NCBI GenBank assembly: GCA_039096225.1
Contig: JBBPEB010000027.1
Coordinates: forward strand, 868,001 to 932,000
DNA: 64,000 nucleotides
Reading direction: 5' to 3'
Source: Blastocystis sp. Blastoise
Taxonomy: Eukaryota > Protista > Bigyra: Opalinata
Every line of letters starts with the position of its first letter. Within the stretch, counting starts at the first letter, position 1. Both the position numbers and the translations under genes were made by a program. Under the pieces are notes generated by a model. It worked only from the letters and a program-made list of their open reading frames with translations, did not search any database and was not told where the DNA came from. Positions 42,671-61,760 of the stretch are shown here, piece by piece.

Positions 42671-43848
42671 GTAATAAGAATTACTATTATTCTAGTTATT
42701 ATTATATTTATCATTATGTTATTGTTATATTTATTAAGATAAATATTTAAATTTATAAATAATAATTAAGTATATATATATAAATAATAAATATAATAAT
42801 AATAACAATAATATATATATATATATACCCAATAATGTACGTATGCCAATTCTAGATAAATAGAATTCGTCCAAAAGAGGTCCCAATTTATTAATTTCTG
42901 AAAATTCACGATCTTTTGTATGATATTGAGTTTCTAACTGCTTTTTTAATGTTAATATTCCTTTAGACATCATAACGAGTGTCTATATATATATATATAT
43001 ATATATTATTTATTTATATTGAAATAATAGAATATATATAATATATATTATAATAATTATTAATAAAATTATATATATATATATACAGCACTATGTCTTT
43101 CATATATACTTTCAAGTACTTGAGCGAATTGTAAAGCTTGTGTTGTAGTTCTATATATATATATATATAATAACTTACAAAATAAAAATACTAAAAATAT
43201 AATAAAAAAAAATTAATTATAATTATAGGATAGCTATAAGAATATATTTATTAAAAATATATTTTAAAATACATATACATTTTAAAAAATAATAAAGATA
43301 CATTTAAAACTACATAAAAAATAATACAATATTATATTAACTATATACACAGGTCTTGGATTGGTGAGTATATCAATAAATGAAAATAAATACCAATTAC
43401 GTACTGTTTGTGTAAATGATATATCATATAATCCATAAGGCATATTCTCCAGATCTACTATTCTATAAGCCATACGAATAGGAAGCTCATGATATAAAAA
43501 TTGGCAATATTGGAGGAATTTTTCAGGTGTTACAGGATCACCTACTTTTTCTAGATCGCTTAACTTCACATCTATAAATTGATATATTTAGATATATACA
43601 AATAAATAAAAAGTAGAATAAAAAAGACGAAGATCCCATACTAAATTGTTCCAATTTACTAAAGCGTTCTACTTGTTGTCTTGCTTTTCTAAGGTTCTCT
43701 GTGTCGTAAGAAGATATATAACTATTTGGATGATTAAAAATGAATATAAAAACACATGATAAGTATACGTTCTAAGAAAACTATTTGAACTTCGACAAAA
43801 CTGCCTTTGAGTTGTGTTTATTACTCCTTTTATTAAGGATCGATACAT
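41561..43848 (-). CDS. PDK: Mitochondrial pyruvate dehydrogenase kinase (PDK/BCKDK family)
   Basis: [69 protein letters not shown]; basic N-terminal presequence MYRSLIKG...RQFCRSS. Confidence 0.9.
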
Positions 43849-44330
43849 ATTAAGATAAAGAAAAGATTTGATGAAATAAAAATATTGTGTTGGTGTTTCT
43901 ACATGATCTTTTCGATTCCTAAGGGGAAAATGGACAGTTATTACGGGGAAAATGGGTATTTAAAGAATAATATTTATTTTCGAATTTAAATGTGATAGTG
44001 GTAGAAACAAGAAATTATAGAGTTGTTTTCTACATAAGCAGCAATGTGTCTAAAGGATACGAGAAAGATGAATGAGAATAAGGGTCAAAAGATAATGAAA
44101 TGCAACGAATACATGTTGTTTGGTGAGAAATATATATTGGGTGAGTATCTAAGAGATAGGATTATTGCTTTTATTAAAATTATGAAACAAGTTAAAGGTT
44201 GTATTATTGAAGACAACAATAAATGGATTCGTTAAATAAACAAATAACAAATAAAACATATAGTATATAAAAACAATAATTAAAAATAAGTTCATAAATA
44301 TAAAAACAACTTATTGTTATTAAAAAAGAT

Positions 44331-44714
44331 TTAATCAATATGAACACCAACGACACCTGTTACATCCAATTGTAAAATATCTGCATCGCAATGCTATAAT
44401 TAATATAAATTAATAGGATAATTAAATTTATGATATATAAAAAATACTTACTAATAATTCTCCCATGTTAGGTCTTGTTCGACCAAGATCCCCATGAATA
44501 AATTCCTTTATATAAGTACCTGCAGAAGCAGAAATAGTACATAGAAAATGATGAGGATTAATATATTTAGGAGTAAGGGACTAGAAATTATAATTATATA
44601 AATAAAATAAAGGATTATTATTAGGTTATAGATATGATGATATATTGATAATATTTGATATTTATATTATATATTGAATATAATTATAATATAATTATAT
44701 ATATAAAATAATAA

Positions 44715-44746
<32 letters not shown>

Positions 44747-45966
44747 CATGAATAGTTTTTTCTCTAACCATTAGTGTTCTTCTATGTAATACACGAATGG
44801 GTGTATTTTGATATATAGTCATATCTTTATATTGTGTTAAACTCTCCAGTTCCGCGGGGGAAATCTCTTTATCTGTATAGACCACACATACATAAGTCTT
44901 TTGCTTTTCTTCAGCAGCTTCTTTCATATTCTCAAATCCTTCCTATATATATATAGATATATATATTAATAATTATTCTTTTTCTTTAAAATAATAATTT
45001 ATTAAAATGTATAATATATTATTATTAATATAAATCAAGAAGGGAATATATATGAATTCTATTTTTATTAATATATATATATATATATATATACAGGAGA
45101 ACATAATCTTAGATTATCAATTTGAATTGCTTGAGTTGATTTATTTATAGCAATCTCCAAGTCCTATAGAATATATATATATAGAGAGATATTAATAATA
45201 ATAATAGATATGATAAAAAAAGTATATACATATAAAAATAATAATGATAATAATAATAATATGTGAATAGCATAATATTATATATATATATAAATTCATA
45301 AATATACATGATATTGTTCCTTAGTCAACTGATTATGTTTACCATTTATTATCTCACATACCTATATATATATATATAAATCAATATGTACATATTATTC
45401 TTAAATATATATATATATATATACGAAGGGTCTTCCAGTACCAATCATTCGAACGTCGATGTCTTCTCTGCCTGCGCTGTGAAACTTATATGAATCACAC
45501 TATATATATAGAAGATTTATATATCATTAATTTACTTATAATATATATATAAATATAGAGGATTTATATATTATTAAATCATTTATAATATTATATAATA
45601 CTATATATATATATATACATCATAGGCTTGTTGAATAAGAGTACAAATATATTCTTCGACGGATCCCTCTGTACGTCTTTCTCCTTCTAATACCCTATAT
45701 ATAATCATAATAATAATCATAATAATAATCATAATAATAATAATAAATATATATATATATACCAAGGTGTTTGTGATAATCCACGTTGATATTTCCTGTA
45801 ATTACCTGTAACATACACAGACTTACGTATAGGAGAGAAGGAAGGTACAGGTAATGTATCGCATATATGAGGAGGACACTATATATATATATGATTAAAA
45901 TAATATAAATAATATGTATATAAATAGTATTAATAATATATATATAAATAATATTAATAATATATT

Positions 45967-45997
<31 letters not shown>

Positions 45998-47091
45998 CTT
46001 CAATTTGAGAAGGGAAGGCATCGATAGAAAGATTAGAAAGGGTATTTGTAACAGTAGTAATGCCATCAACTTGTTGACCATCTCTTTTTTTTGGAACCAC
46101 GTGCTCAAATCCAGGAAGCATGTGATATTCTTCTTCAGTTTCCTATAAATAATAATAATAATAAGTATAATAATTATAATAATAAGTATAATAATAAGTA
46201 TAATAATAATATACAGAATGTGAATATTTAAAAGTTAATCTTAAAATATCATCTTGATTATATTTCCAATGATCATTATACATTTGAATCGCATGTATAA
46301 CTTTATATTTATATATTTCCTTAAGTGGTCTCATATTCATATTAATATTATTACCAATATGATATTCACGATTTAAATACTATATATAATCATATTATTA
46401 TTGAATATACTATATAAATTATATATAGAATTATAATAATATAGAATTATTATTACCAATAAAAATAAATAGATATATATATTAATAATTATATATATAC
46501 AGCATAAAGACTATAATTACGAATAAAAACAGCAGTAGGAATAGTAATATCAACACTAAAACTATCCATGTCATGCTTACTTTGAAGAACTGTCTCGATT
46601 ACCCATTTATCAAAATCTATATATATATTTAAATGAAAAATATAATAATATTTATAAAAAATAAAAATCTTCGATATATACTTCCTTCTTCTTCTTTCTG
46701 CTGATTTTCATTTTGATTATCTTCTGGAATATCTAACTTAAGTCTTTTAGGTGTTCCTTCTTCAGATTTTTCTTTCAATAAAGATAATTTATGAGGTCTA
46801 TCTCTCAAGATATCTAGACAAGCTACACAAATATGAGTATCTGAAGGAGCATCTTTAAAGGAACAACCAAGTCGTTCAGATAATGCTTGCTTAATTCGAC
46901 CTTCACTTGAACAACTATATCACATATCATTCTACATGTAAAGCATATCCATACTATAAGTTGATATTATCAGCATCACAAAATCTCAAACAACAAATGG
47001 GACAAACGCAGAATTCAATGAGATCCTCCACAGCATTCTTATTCAAACGAATGAATCCGTTGTAAATATTGTTCTTTTCTTCAGTATTCAT
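44331..47091 (-). CDS. PUS10: tRNA pseudouridine synthase Pus10
   Basis: N-terminal CPICCLRF; SQTPW; catalytic FHSAGREDIDVRMIGTGRPF; QNTPIRVLHRR; AGTYIKEFIHGDLGRTRPN; all junctions canonical. Confidence 0.93.
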
Positions 47092-47439
47092 TGACTAAAA
47101 TGAAAGAAATATATATTCATTTTTTTTTTTGGTTTTTATTTTTTTAGATATTTCCTTTTGTTTCTAATCCATAAAAGTCATAAAAAATAAGTGTTGCACT
47201 CAACATCATTTATAATTACAATATGCATATATATATATATTTTACTTATCTATTACATATTATATTTAATAAAAATGACTTTACAATGAAAAACATATAT
47301 GTGTTTCGGTTACAAATCTATTTTTTTCTCTATTGGACTCTGATTTATCACGGGAAATTGCTTTTCTAAAAAATAGAAAATCTTTTTTTTGCTTTTAACT
47401 GTTTCATTTAGTATTGTTTGTTAAAAGAGACAAATAGAT

Positions 47440-49118
47440 ATGTCTGACAATGTGCTTGATGTCAGTGAGGCGTATTTACATCTCTCCAAGAATTATATGA
47501 AATTTGATTTGAAGCGATTTAATGTATTTTCTCATTTACCTATATTCTTATTGTTTTTAGAATTATTATGATTCCTTTACGAAAACATTCTCATTCGTCA
47601 ATAAGAATGATGGAACGTATATTCATAAATCTGTGTTTTTCTAACTGTTTTCTTTCAATTTTATAGGATTTTTATGCTTTTCAGTTCGATGAAAGAAGGT
47701 GAGAATGTGATTACGTGGACTGTATCGAATCCTATTTCATTTGTTCCTTTGGATTCCATTATTACTATCAAATATTCAAGAGATCACCATTTTATGGCTA
47801 TTCAAAGATCAGAATATCTTGTTGATATGTATGATCTTACTAATGGAAAGTATCAATTGATTATATTAGAAATATTTATTTGTTTTCTTTTTATGATGTT
47901 TTTATTTTATTTATTATATTTTATTAATTTTTTTTGTATATATTTGTTATTATATATATCTAGAAACGTTAGTATTTCAGTGAAACGTAAAACAGGCGGT
48001 ATAATGAAAGATGGTGTTTTCTTTGCTTCTATACCTGATCCTAGTTATGATAAGAAATCGAATATACATCCTGGGTCATCCTTTATTATTATTACTATGT
48101 ACGAAATTCAACTTTATCATATACTACATATCAAACATATCTATAAATGCGTATATATATATGTTATGATGTTTAAATATATGTTATTATTATGTTATTT
48201 ATATTTAATATTATGTTGTGTGTATTATTGTTTATTATTATATATTTTATGCTTCTTTTCTATTATATTGTATATTCTTCTATTATAATCATATAAATTA
48301 TCATAAATAATAATTCCTATCTTATATTCCATAATCGCGGTTATTTATAGATTAAAACTATATCTACTTCCTGTAATTCATTCTCTTATGTTCATGAATA
48401 TAATATGTTATATACATATATAATTGAAGGAAAAGAATCGACTGTCAGACCTTTTCTTCTTACTCATTCTTCTATAGCTGTATATATATGTTTATTATAT
48501 ATATTATTATTATCTTTATTATTAAGTTTATTATTAAATTTATTATTATCTTTATTATTATTTTATTATTAAGTTTATTATTATGTTTAATATATTTATT
48601 ATTGTGTTTATTATGATACTATATATTGTATTCTTAACATATAGTATTTCAATATAATAATACAATTATCTATATATATATGCGTATATATAGAAACTTC
48701 CAGTATTCTCTCTTCCTGCGTCTATGACTGATTGTAAAATCGATATAATTAAATTATATAACAATATATATATATTCCAATATGTAAAAACCACGGGAAT
48801 TGTGTATATAACCGATTTTCCATCAATTGCTGAGAATAAAAGTACTTTCAAATTTATTCAATTGTATATATATATAGTAGTAGTTTAGTTTTTCATTATT
48901 TATTATTTTATATATTTATACATATTTTATTTATAACAACTATGATTGTTTTATTTAATATTATCATTTTATTATAATATAAATCAATAATTATGTAATA
49001 ATAATATATATATATAGGCCTATAAAAGGTGATGTATCAACAATATATATGGATAATTTACTTATATATATATCTAATGACATGAAACTAGCTACTCCTA
49101 TCGATGTTCGTGTTCTTA

Positions 49119-49160
<42 letters not shown>

Positions 49161-49981
49161 TCTATTTTTATTATTATATATATATTATAACTATATATAT
49201 ATAGTGTGTATTTCCGTTAACACCCATTGCTATGACATATGATTCGTCATCTAATGATTTTACCTATAAGATATCATCAGATAACCGCGATTATTTGAAG
49301 AAAGATTATATTTTTACAGAAGATAATTTAGGACTTAATATTACTGATTCTATTCAACAGTATATATATATTATATTATATATATTATATATATATATAG
49401 ATTAATACACGGATATCAATGTGGAACGAAATATCAATTTTTTGATAATGGAATATGTGTAAAATCATCATTAGATAATAGTGTTCCAGAACACAGTCAC
49501 GTGACTGCAATTAACGGTATATCTACGTTGAATATTCCATATGCTGATTGCGTGGCACAAATTAAAAAACTTTCCCGCCCTTTGACTCTCACTATAGAAA
49601 CTGGAAACATTTCTAAAGAGGATTCTACTTATTATCCTCTTCTTCCTATATATGTATATATATATATAAAATTATTTTTATTATTATTAGCTATATTTTT
49701 AAACTTTTTCTTCCTTAATTATAGTATAGTATATATATTATTATTTGCTTGTTTTTTTATTTATTCTCTTTATATATATATAGTTCTATTTATACACTTA
49801 CTGATGATGAAGTAGCTAGTAATATTATGTATATAATTATATATATATAGTTGTATAGATTATATATATATATATATAGGTCTTCTAGTGATTGTATATA
49901 TATATATCCCTGCTATATATTAAATACAAAAACTGGATATTTATTTGAAATTTTTATGGATATACATAAGGTATATATATA

Positions 49982-50033
<52 letters not shown>

Positions 50034-50222
50034 GTTATCCCCGTTATTATCTGCTGAATTTATATATCCATTTACTTCGTCACGAACAAATAATAATCCT
50101 ATATATGTCAAGAGTGAGATGTTAAATATTATATATAGATATATATATAAACATTATGATCAAACTCAAGTTATTTTTAAACAAATTAATGATATATATA
50201 TATATATATATATGTTTAATAT

Positions 50223-50253
<31 letters not shown>

Positions 50254-50312
50254 GATATATGTTCAATCAAATTATAAAGAGTCACCAGCAGAATATAATC
50301 CTCTATATTTAA

Positions 50313-50355
<43 letters not shown>

Positions 50356-50442
50356 CTTTATATATATAGGAAGTTGTTGGTGTTACACATATACCTCTTG
50401 AAGTATATATATATATTATATATAATATATTATATATATATA

Positions 50443-50488
<46 letters not shown>

Positions 50489-50989
50489 CACACGAAATTC
50501 TGAAGGAACTATTATTATTTCTCAGTGTGATATGATCTCTTATGTGTTCGATTTTTCATTATATTCCCGTGATTTATATACTGTTTTACATATATATATA
50601 TCTGATTATTTCCGTTCGTTAATTGATCATAAAATTGAACTTCATCCATTCTTATATCCTTATATATATATATACGTATATATTACTATTAATATTATTA
50701 TTATCTATATTCTACTATTATTATAATTATAAATATTTTCCTTAATACATTTACAGTAGAGTTATTAATCTATATATATATACAACTTCATCTATATCCG
50801 TCTTTAGTCAATCTTTTATCTTATGTTTCTTTCTATAACCTTCCTGATTCAACTCGTTTATTATTACTTATTAATCCCCAAGAAATGAATGTAGATATAT
50901 ATAATGCACTTATTCATATTGGTATTGAGAACCTTAGAATAAATAATAAATGGAGAGATATATGCATGTTTTATATTAAGAATTATAGA

Positions 50990-51024
<35 letters not shown>

Positions 51025-51204
51025 TTTTTATTATTATTTAAAAAAAATTTAAATACTTTATTATATTCATATATATACATATCTACTAGTACTTATTATA
51101 ATTATAGAATTACTTCTGCTTGTAATATTATTATACATTACCCAACTTTCTTTGAAAGCGGAAGACAAATTTGGATTAGACAATTGTTCCAAAATGCACT
51201 TCAA

Positions 51205-51267
<63 letters not shown>

Positions 51268-51335
51268 CAATATAAAATATTAATATATATAATCAATATC
51301 AAGTATTAAAAAATAGATATAATCAATATCAAATG

Positions 51336-51386
<51 letters not shown>

Positions 51387-51628
51387 CAATTATGGATAAA
51401 AATCCAGCAGTATTATATACTGTATATACATTATTAAAAATATGGTCTCCAAATACTCTTATGGTATAATATATATATTTATTATTAAAATATAATTCAT
51501 ATAAAATACTATATATATAGAGTAATACAAGTGAGGGAGGAAATGAATTGAGTCGAATTCTTGGAGAAATACCTGAAATACTTAATTCTGAAGAATATTC
51601 TTCTGTAAAGACATTATTTGGTCTTTAA
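47440..51628 (+). CDS. RMC1: Regulator of MON1-CCZ1 complex (RMC1/Mic1/C18orf8-like) with an internal PDZ-like domain
   Basis: IITIKYSRDHHFMAIQRSEYLVD, KLPVF, DNLLIL, PCYILNTKTGYLF, IISQCDMISYVF, ISDYFRSLIDHKIELHPFLVELL and LPDSTRL recall RMC1 motifs in the correct order. Many small exons; some junctions are non-canonical. Confidence 0.72.
50654..50754 (+). other. U12-type (minor spliceosome) AT-AC intron
   Basis: 5' ATATCCTT; branch TTTTCCTTAAT (50736-50746); 3' TAC. Removal restores frame (HPFL-VELLI), whereas the GT at 50676 with the nearby AGs does not. Confidence 0.85.
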
Positions 51629-52418
51629 TTATATACATATTAAATATAACTAATATCAAAAAATATTAATAGTATACACATTATATAGATTTCTCTTTAA
51701 CTAGTTATTTTTATTCAATGTTTGTTTCTTTTTTCTCTCTTTTTTAAATACTTTTTATATTACCACTTCTTGAGTATCTACCATTTCAAATATATGTTTT
51801 AGAAAATGTATTTGTCTTGTTTGTCTTTTTATCATAAAATATACACAAATAACAATAAACTCTTTTTTTTTTGTTATTTCATTTTTTTTTTTCATAAAAA
51901 AAGTCAACGATAAGATCAGTCATTTTTTGATCGTTTTGTTTTTATACTTGAAAATTCACTTTCTAAAACACTGAATGAGAAATTCAATGTGAAGTCAGAA
52001 TAAGACGACACAAGCGACGTCAGAAGACTTTAGTAGAAACAATAATAGAATAATAGTAGAAATCAGAAGACAATATAAACGGAATAAGACGAAAAACAAA
52101 GAAGAAACGAAGAATTTTAAATTTATAAAAAATATTCAAATATAACTCACAACACAAATCATTTTCAGGGAAATACCAAGAAAAACGAAACAAAATTTCA
52201 TTATTTATTTACTTCATCAAATAAAACATTGTTACTGATTTATATAAAGATATGCGTTGTAGAAACCATGAGAATCATCCAATACAATAAATTTGAAACG
52301 ATACATATGATCGATGTGCGTCACTGATTGAGAAAGAAGAAATTTATGACAAATATTTATTCAGAATACTTAATATTTTTTTATTTATTGGTACTGTCTA
52401 TTTATTGTGCCTTAGTCA

Positions 52419-54482
<2,064 letters not shown>

Positions 54483-55051
54483 ATCACTTTTTTTATTCCT
54501 TTCATTTATTCTTTTTTATAGCCATGATCTTTATTGCGTTATTCTAATTACATTTATTACATATTGAGTTGTTTTAAAATTTATATTTTCATAAAATTAA
54601 ATAAAATTGTATAAAAACAGGTCATCATAGTTTTTTTTCTACACGAAACAAGTTTATGGAATATATTTATACAATCCAATATCTTTAAGAAAATAATTAC
54701 ATTATATATAAATGACAATTAATAAAAGTTCATCGAATAAACCCATAAAAACATAATCAACAAAAAGATACTTCCAGCTTAAACTTGAAGTTCAAAAGAA
54801 ATGTCGATTCTAGAAAAAGAACAAATATGGACATTCATAATTAAATGTATTCTAATTTCACAAAAAGTATGCAATTTGTATAAACAACTTTCTTTAAAAA
54901 ATTTAAATAGGGTCATCAATAATCTTATGATTGTTAAATGAACAATAACGAAACTTTTTTATTTTATATTTTTTTCTAAAAGTTTGATTTGACTATTTTT
55001 TAACAAGTCTAATTAAGTATTAAGAGTTTAATATTTAGTAGTGTTAATAGA

Positions 55052-57160
55052 ATGGGTATCTTAGTTTTATGTTTAGTGGTATGTTTTTGACTCATCTGTT
55101 GATTATTTGGTTATTAGAATTTAATCTTGGCACAAGCAGCTTTAGAATGTAATTCTGCTGATGACTGCTTCAAGGCTGGTGAAACTTTATTTAAAGAAAG
55201 AAATTTTAAACAAGCAGAAAGTTTATATTCTAAATGCATTTCTCTTGATTCTAAATATGAATCTTGTTATCATAAGAGATATCAGACCCGTTTATTCCAA
55301 CAACGTTTTGAATCTGCTCTTTCGGATCTTTCTTCCCTTGTCAAAGTTAACCCTAATAATAAAAAGGTATATTTAATATAGTATTCTTTTATATACATGA
55401 TTATTGACACTATATTCAATTTTTTTAATTATTATAAATTAATTATTTTTTTAATTATAGGGTTATATACAATTGGCTCAACTTCAAATGAAATTAGGTA
55501 GATATGATGAAGTGATTAATACAACTAATGATATAATAAAACGTTTTAGTAGTAGTTCAGAATCTCAAACAGCAAAAACATTACAACAACAAGCTCATGA
55601 GAATATAAATTTATTAAAACAAATTGATTCTTTAATTTCTCAAAAACAGTATATTATGATAGTTTTTTTTTTTTTATTTTTTTTTATTTAATTATTAATA
55701 TTGTTTTATTTAATATTATTTTATATCTAGATATGATAATGTAATGTCTATCTTTGAGAAATTAGTAGAGATAAGTCCATATTCTATAACTTTAGTAGAA
55801 AAGAGATTATCTATAAATAAATTATTAAATAAATGGTATGATGTTATAGCTGATACCGGTTTATTATTAAAGAATAATCCTAATGATTTAAGTTTATTAT
55901 CTGAACGTGGATATGCATATATACAATTAGGAGATGATACCATGGCTAAAAAACATTTTAGAAGTGTATATATTGATTTATAATTATTATTTGAATTATT
56001 ATTATATTATGTTTATTATATTTATTAATTTATTATTATTATTATTATTATTATAGTGTTTACAAAGTGATCCAGAATATAAGCCTTGTAAGACTACTAT
56101 GAAGTTATTGAATAAAATAATAAAGAAACGTAATAATATAGAAGAAGATATAGAGAAAGAACAATGGACAGAAGCAGAAGAAGATACAATGTCATTATAT
56201 TCTCTTAAAGATATACCTTCTTTCTATGTATATATATGCTATTATTACTATGTTTATTATTATTTTATTATTATTTTATTATTATTTTATTATTATCTTA
56301 TTATTTTATTATTATCTAGATACATGAAAGTGAAAAATATTTATGTCGTATAAGTAATAAATTAAGTAAATCTGAAGAAACTGAAAAATATTGTAAATTA
56401 GCTATTGAAGAATATCCTCAAGAAGTAGATTTCTATTGTATTCTAGGTATATACTATATATATATATATATATATATTTATGTTTATTATATTTGTATTA
56501 TTATTATATTTATTATTATATTTCTTATATAGCGGATTCATATTTACTTGCTGAGAAATACCAAGATGCTAAGAATATTATTAAACAAGGTTTAGATAAG
56601 AATGAACGAAATGAAAAATTAAGTCAAAAGATGCAAGAAATAGATACAGCTGAAAAGCGTAGTAAAGAAAAAGATTATTATAAAATATTAGGTGTTAAAC
56701 GTGATGCTACAAAGAAACAAATTAAAAGTGCATATAGAAAACTTGCTTTACAATGGCATCCTGATAAACATCAAGGAGATGATAAAGAAATTGCTGAAAA
56801 GAAATTCCGTGAAATTGCTGAAGCTTATGAAATTTTATCTGATGATGGTATTTATTTATTCTTAATATATAATAATTCTTATTCTTATATATATATATTA
56901 TATATATAGAGAATCGTGGTAAATATGATAGAGGTGAAGATGTTTCAGGACAAGCTCAAAATGCACAACAAAATCCATTCCAAAATTTCCAATTTAATTT
57001 TGGTGGTCAAGGAGGGGGTTTCCCCGGTGGTTTCCCCTTTGGCGGTTTTCAATTTGGTGGTCAACAACAAGGAGGTCATGGCGGTCAAGGAGGGGGTTTC
57101 CCGGGTGGTTTTAATTTTGGACAAGGAGGAAATCAACATTTTGAATTTCATATGGGTTAA
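55052..57160 (+). CDS. DNAJC3: ER TPR + J-domain co-chaperone (P58IPK/DNAJC3-like) with G/F-rich tail
   Basis: Signal peptide [16 protein letters not shown]; TPR repeats; KDYYKILGV...[13 protein letters not shown]...[13 protein letters not shown]; [10 protein letters not shown] tail; TAA at 57158-57160. Confidence 0.88.
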
Positions 57161-58137
57161 ACTATATAAATATATATTAAATTATTTATTTTATATATTT
57201 ATTATTCGATTCACTTGATTTTTCATTATTATTACCTTTTTTGTTATATATATTTTAAAAAATAATTATTTTTTTTAAATATTTTTTATTTGTTTTTCTA
57301 TCATAAATTTTTTGTTATGGGTTTGCTCTTTATTTATGTATATATTTATATTTATTATTTATATGTATTAAACTTGTGAGATATCTTCCACAATCTAACT
57401 TTTTTTCTATGTATTTATTTACCTTTTCTTCACTTTTTTCAAAACTATATTCATTTCATTACTATTCTGCTATTTTTTATTTTCCATGTTTTGTTTTCTC
57501 CAATAACTTTTAATTAGTCTTCATAAAGACCATACATATATTTATTTATACTTGTGTATACATAAAAATACTAATAGTCAACTCAATATTAAAACACAGT
57601 CAATTGAAAAACTCTTTTCTATTGATTCTACACTTAAATTTAGATAAAAGATTATTTATGATAAAGTTGAAACTTGTGGTGTCCTTGCTGTATGTGAATA
57701 CCTTGATTTCATAATATGTTCTCATAAATCAAACTCATTAACTTTATTGGATAAATAATACATATCAACATGTACATTAATAGCAATTTTGTGTCCAGTA
57801 AATCAGTGAAAGTTCTAGAAGAATACACAATAAAAATAACGAAGAACTAGTAGCTAGTAAAAACTAAAACAATAATAAAGCAAAATAATTGGACTCTATC
57901 TTGACTTTACTAGCTAATCTGAAAGCAAATGAATGAATATAAAACAAATGAAATAAGATATATTAGAGAATAAGCAAATAATATGAAGATTTGTATATCT
58001 CATTATCTAGATTTTTTTAATTGAGATAACCGCGGTAATTTCTTTTTTAATAGCGTGTTTTCTTATTATGATTCTAACAAAAATTATTTTATTTTAACTT
58101 TTTTAATTCATATTTATTTTTAATTAAAATATAGATT

Positions 58138-60123
<1,986 letters not shown>

Positions 60124-60886
60124 GTATATATATTAATTTCTATATAAAACAATTGTATATTTTTTTTTGTATCTCTATTTTTTTACTATTATATATATTG
60201 TATATTTTTACTATTTATAATTTTATTTATTATGTTATTTTGGTTTATGTTTTTCTGGTATGTCTAAAACATATATATATATATATCCTTTTTTTATACT
60301 ATAATTACAAAGTTTATAATCTCATAAATATTTTTAAATGTACAGTATCATATTTTAAAAGAATAAGGTTTTTTTTTTTAAATTGTTTCTAATTCTATTA
60401 TATATTATTTTTAATTACGTCTATCTTGTTTCCTTTTATTTAAAAAGGGAAGAAAATTGCGCTGAGGATCCTTCTTTTGAAACGATTTTTATTATTATAT
60501 ATATATATATATATAATTCGATAAAGTTTGTCCTCTATTTTTTGTTTAGTTTCTTAATAATTCACTGAATATAAATATATAATAATGAAAAAGTATAATA
60601 TGAGTTCTATATGAACAGAAAATATATATATAGCAAAATGAATTATTATGATTATTGGTGCTACAACTCATTATTATACTATTATCCATTTTGACATTTT
60701 TCTTTAAATGATAAGATAAAATAACTGATGTTACCAATCTTACGATCTAAAAGGTCAAAAGTACCTAATGATACACTCTAACAATACAATAGAAGCAAAA
60801 TCATAAAAAAGTAAAAAAATATATATACATTATATATATATTCTTAATATAGCACTATATAACACAATATATATATATATATATAT

Positions 60887-61729
60887 TTAATGTTCAGGAA
60901 TAGTTTGAGGATGAAGATTTAATTCATTTAATACCCATTTAGGAAGAGCATAAGATGGATCTATTTCTTTATATGGAATATCTATATATAATAAGTATTA
61001 TTATATTCTATATTGTCTATATATATAATAAATATACATATGTATAACCATATATAGAATAGTTATGAAAACTATAATCACAATTATGAATATATATAAC
61101 AATTATGATTATTATATTAATTTATATTATATTCATATATATATATAATATATATAATATATATATATATATATATACTATGTTCTTTTAGAAATCCTAG
61201 CATATTTAATCCAGTAATACCAAAATAAGTATGATATACGTCGACTTCGTCATTTGGGCGGTCAGAAAGCCCGCCATGAAGAGGGTCTTGACAACGTAAT
61301 ATATACTCTAATAATTTACTACTATTAATAGCTTTCATTCTTCCTATATAAATATATATAATAAATAGAAATTCATTAGATTCACATAAAAAAAATTTAA
61401 TATAATAATGAAAATATATATAAATAGTATTGTATATATATAATATTATATATTATATATATTATATATATTATATATATATACTATACTATTTATATAT
61501 ATTTTCATTATTATATTATATATATACTATACTATTTATATATATTTTCATTATTATATTATATATATACCATACTATTTATATATATTTTCATTATTAT
61601 ATTATATATATACCAATAATATCAAGAACCGACAAAGCCCACCAGCTATAGCATAGATCGGCCTGTTTCTCCGGACGTCCGTTGAGACCACCGCTATCTA
61701 CCTGTCTCTGACCTATCCACCAACCTATA

Positions 61730-61760
<31 letters not shown>

